Shown here: positions 62,558-64,000 of the stretch, in pieces | Layout: each line of letters starts with the position of its first letter | Position numbering within the stretch: the stretch's first letter is position 1 | Assembly (NCBI GenBank): GCA_963798485.1 | Contig: CAWCTR010000004.1 | Span: 288,001 to 352,000 of the forward strand | DNA from: an uncultured delta proteobacterium | Lineage (GTDB): Bacteria > Desulfobacterota > Desulfomonilia > UBA1062 | Direction: 5' to 3' | DNA: 64,000 nucleotides | Made by a program: the position numbers and the translations under genes | Notes under the pieces: model-generated | Database searches by the model: none | What the model saw: only the letters and a program-made list of their open reading frames with translations | Told to the model about the DNA's origin: nothing

Positions 62558-63028
62558 ATGACGAATCTGATTTCTGCAGATGGCTTGAAGAAACTGCGTG
62601 ATGAATATGACTACCTCTGGAAAGTGGAACGCCCTAAGGTTGTGCAGGGGGTTGCCGACGCCGCAGCTGAAGGTGACCGTTCGGAGAATGCGGAATACAT
62701 CTACGGTAAAAAGAGGTTGCACGAGATTGACCGCAAACTGAAACACCTCGGTTCTCGCCTAAAGGTGCTGAAAGTGGCCGTTCCTCCTCCAAACCCGACG
62801 ATGGTTTCATTCGGATGTTGGGTCACGTATACAGAGGAGACAGGGGATGAACGCTGTTATCAACTCGTCGGCCCTGAGGAGATAGATGTCGGTATCGGCA
62901 GGATCAGTATCGATTCACCTATCGGTCAGGCGCTGTTGCACAAAAAGCTTGATGATGAAGTAGTTTTTCATAAGCCTAACGGCAAGATAACGGCTTATAT
63001 TACCGGGATATATTCTTCTCGGCCGTAA
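62558..63028 (+). CDS. greB: Transcription elongation factor GreB
   Basis: LWKVERP, AAEGDRSENAEYIYGKKRL, ISIDSPIG. Confidence 0.9.
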   Translation: MTNLISADGLKKLRDEYDYLWKVERPKVVQGVADAAAEGDRSENAEYIYGKKRLHEIDRKLKHLGSRLKVLKVAVPPPNPTMVSFGCWVTYTEETGDERCYQLVGPEEIDVGIGRISIDSPIGQALLHKKLDDEVVFHKPNGKITAYITGIYSSRP

Positions 63029-63104
63029 TCGATCATCTCCTTATGCAAATAAGGCGTTCCTGCACGTACATCCGATACCTAGGCCCTTCTGGTACAAGTG
63101 TTTC

Positions 63105-64000
63105 TCACATCATTTCAAGCATAGCCTCCACCCGCGTGCGGATCTGGCGTACATCTCCATCCGAGTAGTCGGTATCTATCTTCAGGAAAGGAAGGTTATG
63201 CCGGGTCTTTACGTGCTCACCGACCTTATAGGATTCCACATTATAACTGTGGCATGCATGAAGGATCACATCGATGAGCGCATCGGGCTTGAAGCGCTTG
63301 ATGAGCCTGTCGAGCTGATCTAGGCGCCTTGTATTCGGCGACATGCATGAGCAGGGCAGTTTCAGGTACCGCTCGGCCAACGCAGTAATGGGGTTATCCG
63401 AATCTTCTTCGATGGTATCCAGGAAGGCCTTCATGCCGGTGCAATTATCAATTGCCACAATAGCCCCGCCTGCCTCTTCGATGACCGTAAACACCTTGGC
63501 GGCATCGCCGCCCACCGGACACCCGGTAACGAGAATTCGGGGTGCACCCGGCTTCCCGACGCCTATGCCGTCTTTTTTACGTTTCTCCAGGGCCTCGATA
63601 CAGCTGATAAGGAGCGGCTTGATATCAACAAAGCTTGCCGGCTGGGCAAGGAAGGTAAGGTCGTACATCTCCTGCCAGGTGATGAGGGAGGGTGTGTGTG
63701 CAGCATACTCGAAGATCCGGTCCATCATGGAATTCTTCCGGTTCGAGTCCTTGATGGCCGACTCGATTGCCCTGTCTGTAATCGTTTTGTTGAAGGTCTT
63801 TTCCAGGAAGCGTTTAAGCTTTCTGATCACGGCCGCCCAGTTTTCTCCGGCCTCTGCCTCATCCGGCATCTGGGGGAGGTCCATGACAAACATGGGTTTT
63901 CTGTCTGCAATGAGCTCGAACATCTTCTTCTTTCCATCGCAGGTCGTCTCTGCCACGACTGCATCTGAAAGGGCGAAGAACGGGCAGGTGTCTGTTATGA
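63105..64000 (-). CDS. 2-hydroxyacyl-CoA dehydratase family / double-cubane cluster protein (5' end outside the window)
   Basis: TDTCPFF, ETTCDGKKK, TGCP, PCSC, ACHSYNVE, TDYS. Confidence 0.85.
   Translation of the reverse strand, partial: ITDTCPFFALSDAVVAETTCDGKKKMFELIADRKPMFVMDLPQMPDEAEAGENWAAVIRKLKRFLEKTFNKTITDRAIESAIKDSNRKNSMMDRIFEYAAHTPSLITWQEMYDLTFLAQPASFVDIKPLLISCIEALEKRKKDGIGVGKPGAPRILVTGCPVGGDAAKVFTVIEEAGGAIVAIDNCTGMKAFLDTIEEDSDNPITALAERYLKLPCSCMSPNTRRLDQLDRLIKRFKPDALIDVILHACHSYNVESYKVGEHVKTRHNLPFLKIDTDYSDGDVRQIRTRVEAMLEMM

Overview
A 64-kb chromosomal segment, about 55% GC by eye, from an anaerobic Gram-negative bacterium; the gene content suggests a deltaproteobacterium (Desulfobacterota/Syntrophales-like), which is inference. 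The left half is housekeeping: a lysS-lolE-lolD-bamA-skp-lpxD-lpxA-gnnA-like-lpxB-msbA-lpxK envelope operon, thrC-metK-ahcY, purC/purH/purD/purE and tsaC. The right half is rich in acyl-CoA catabolism. No CRISPR array, rRNA, tRNA, transposase or prophage was recognised. Four signals stand out. (1) A sigma54 regulon: two -24/-12 promoters share a 36-bp upstream motif at exactly the same distance and lie beside a 1039-aa TPR-GAF enhancer-binding protein; one drives an uncharacterised operon (44-aa ORF, SCP2-type thiolase, SDR, paired acyl-CoA dehydrogenases, nitroreductase-ferredoxin, CoA ligase, AhpD-like protein, QueG/RdhA-like Fe-S protein, decaying tail). (2) A candidate rod-shaped ncRNA of about 250 nt between purC and a Nudix gene. 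(3) An NRAMP + MgtE-cytosolic-domain + unannotated 37-aa membrane peptide operon behind a structured leader with uORFs. (4) Smaller items: a CTG start for lolE, a Thr-rich uORF before metK and a FadR-like operator. All calls come from reading the sequence; no searches or folding programs were run.
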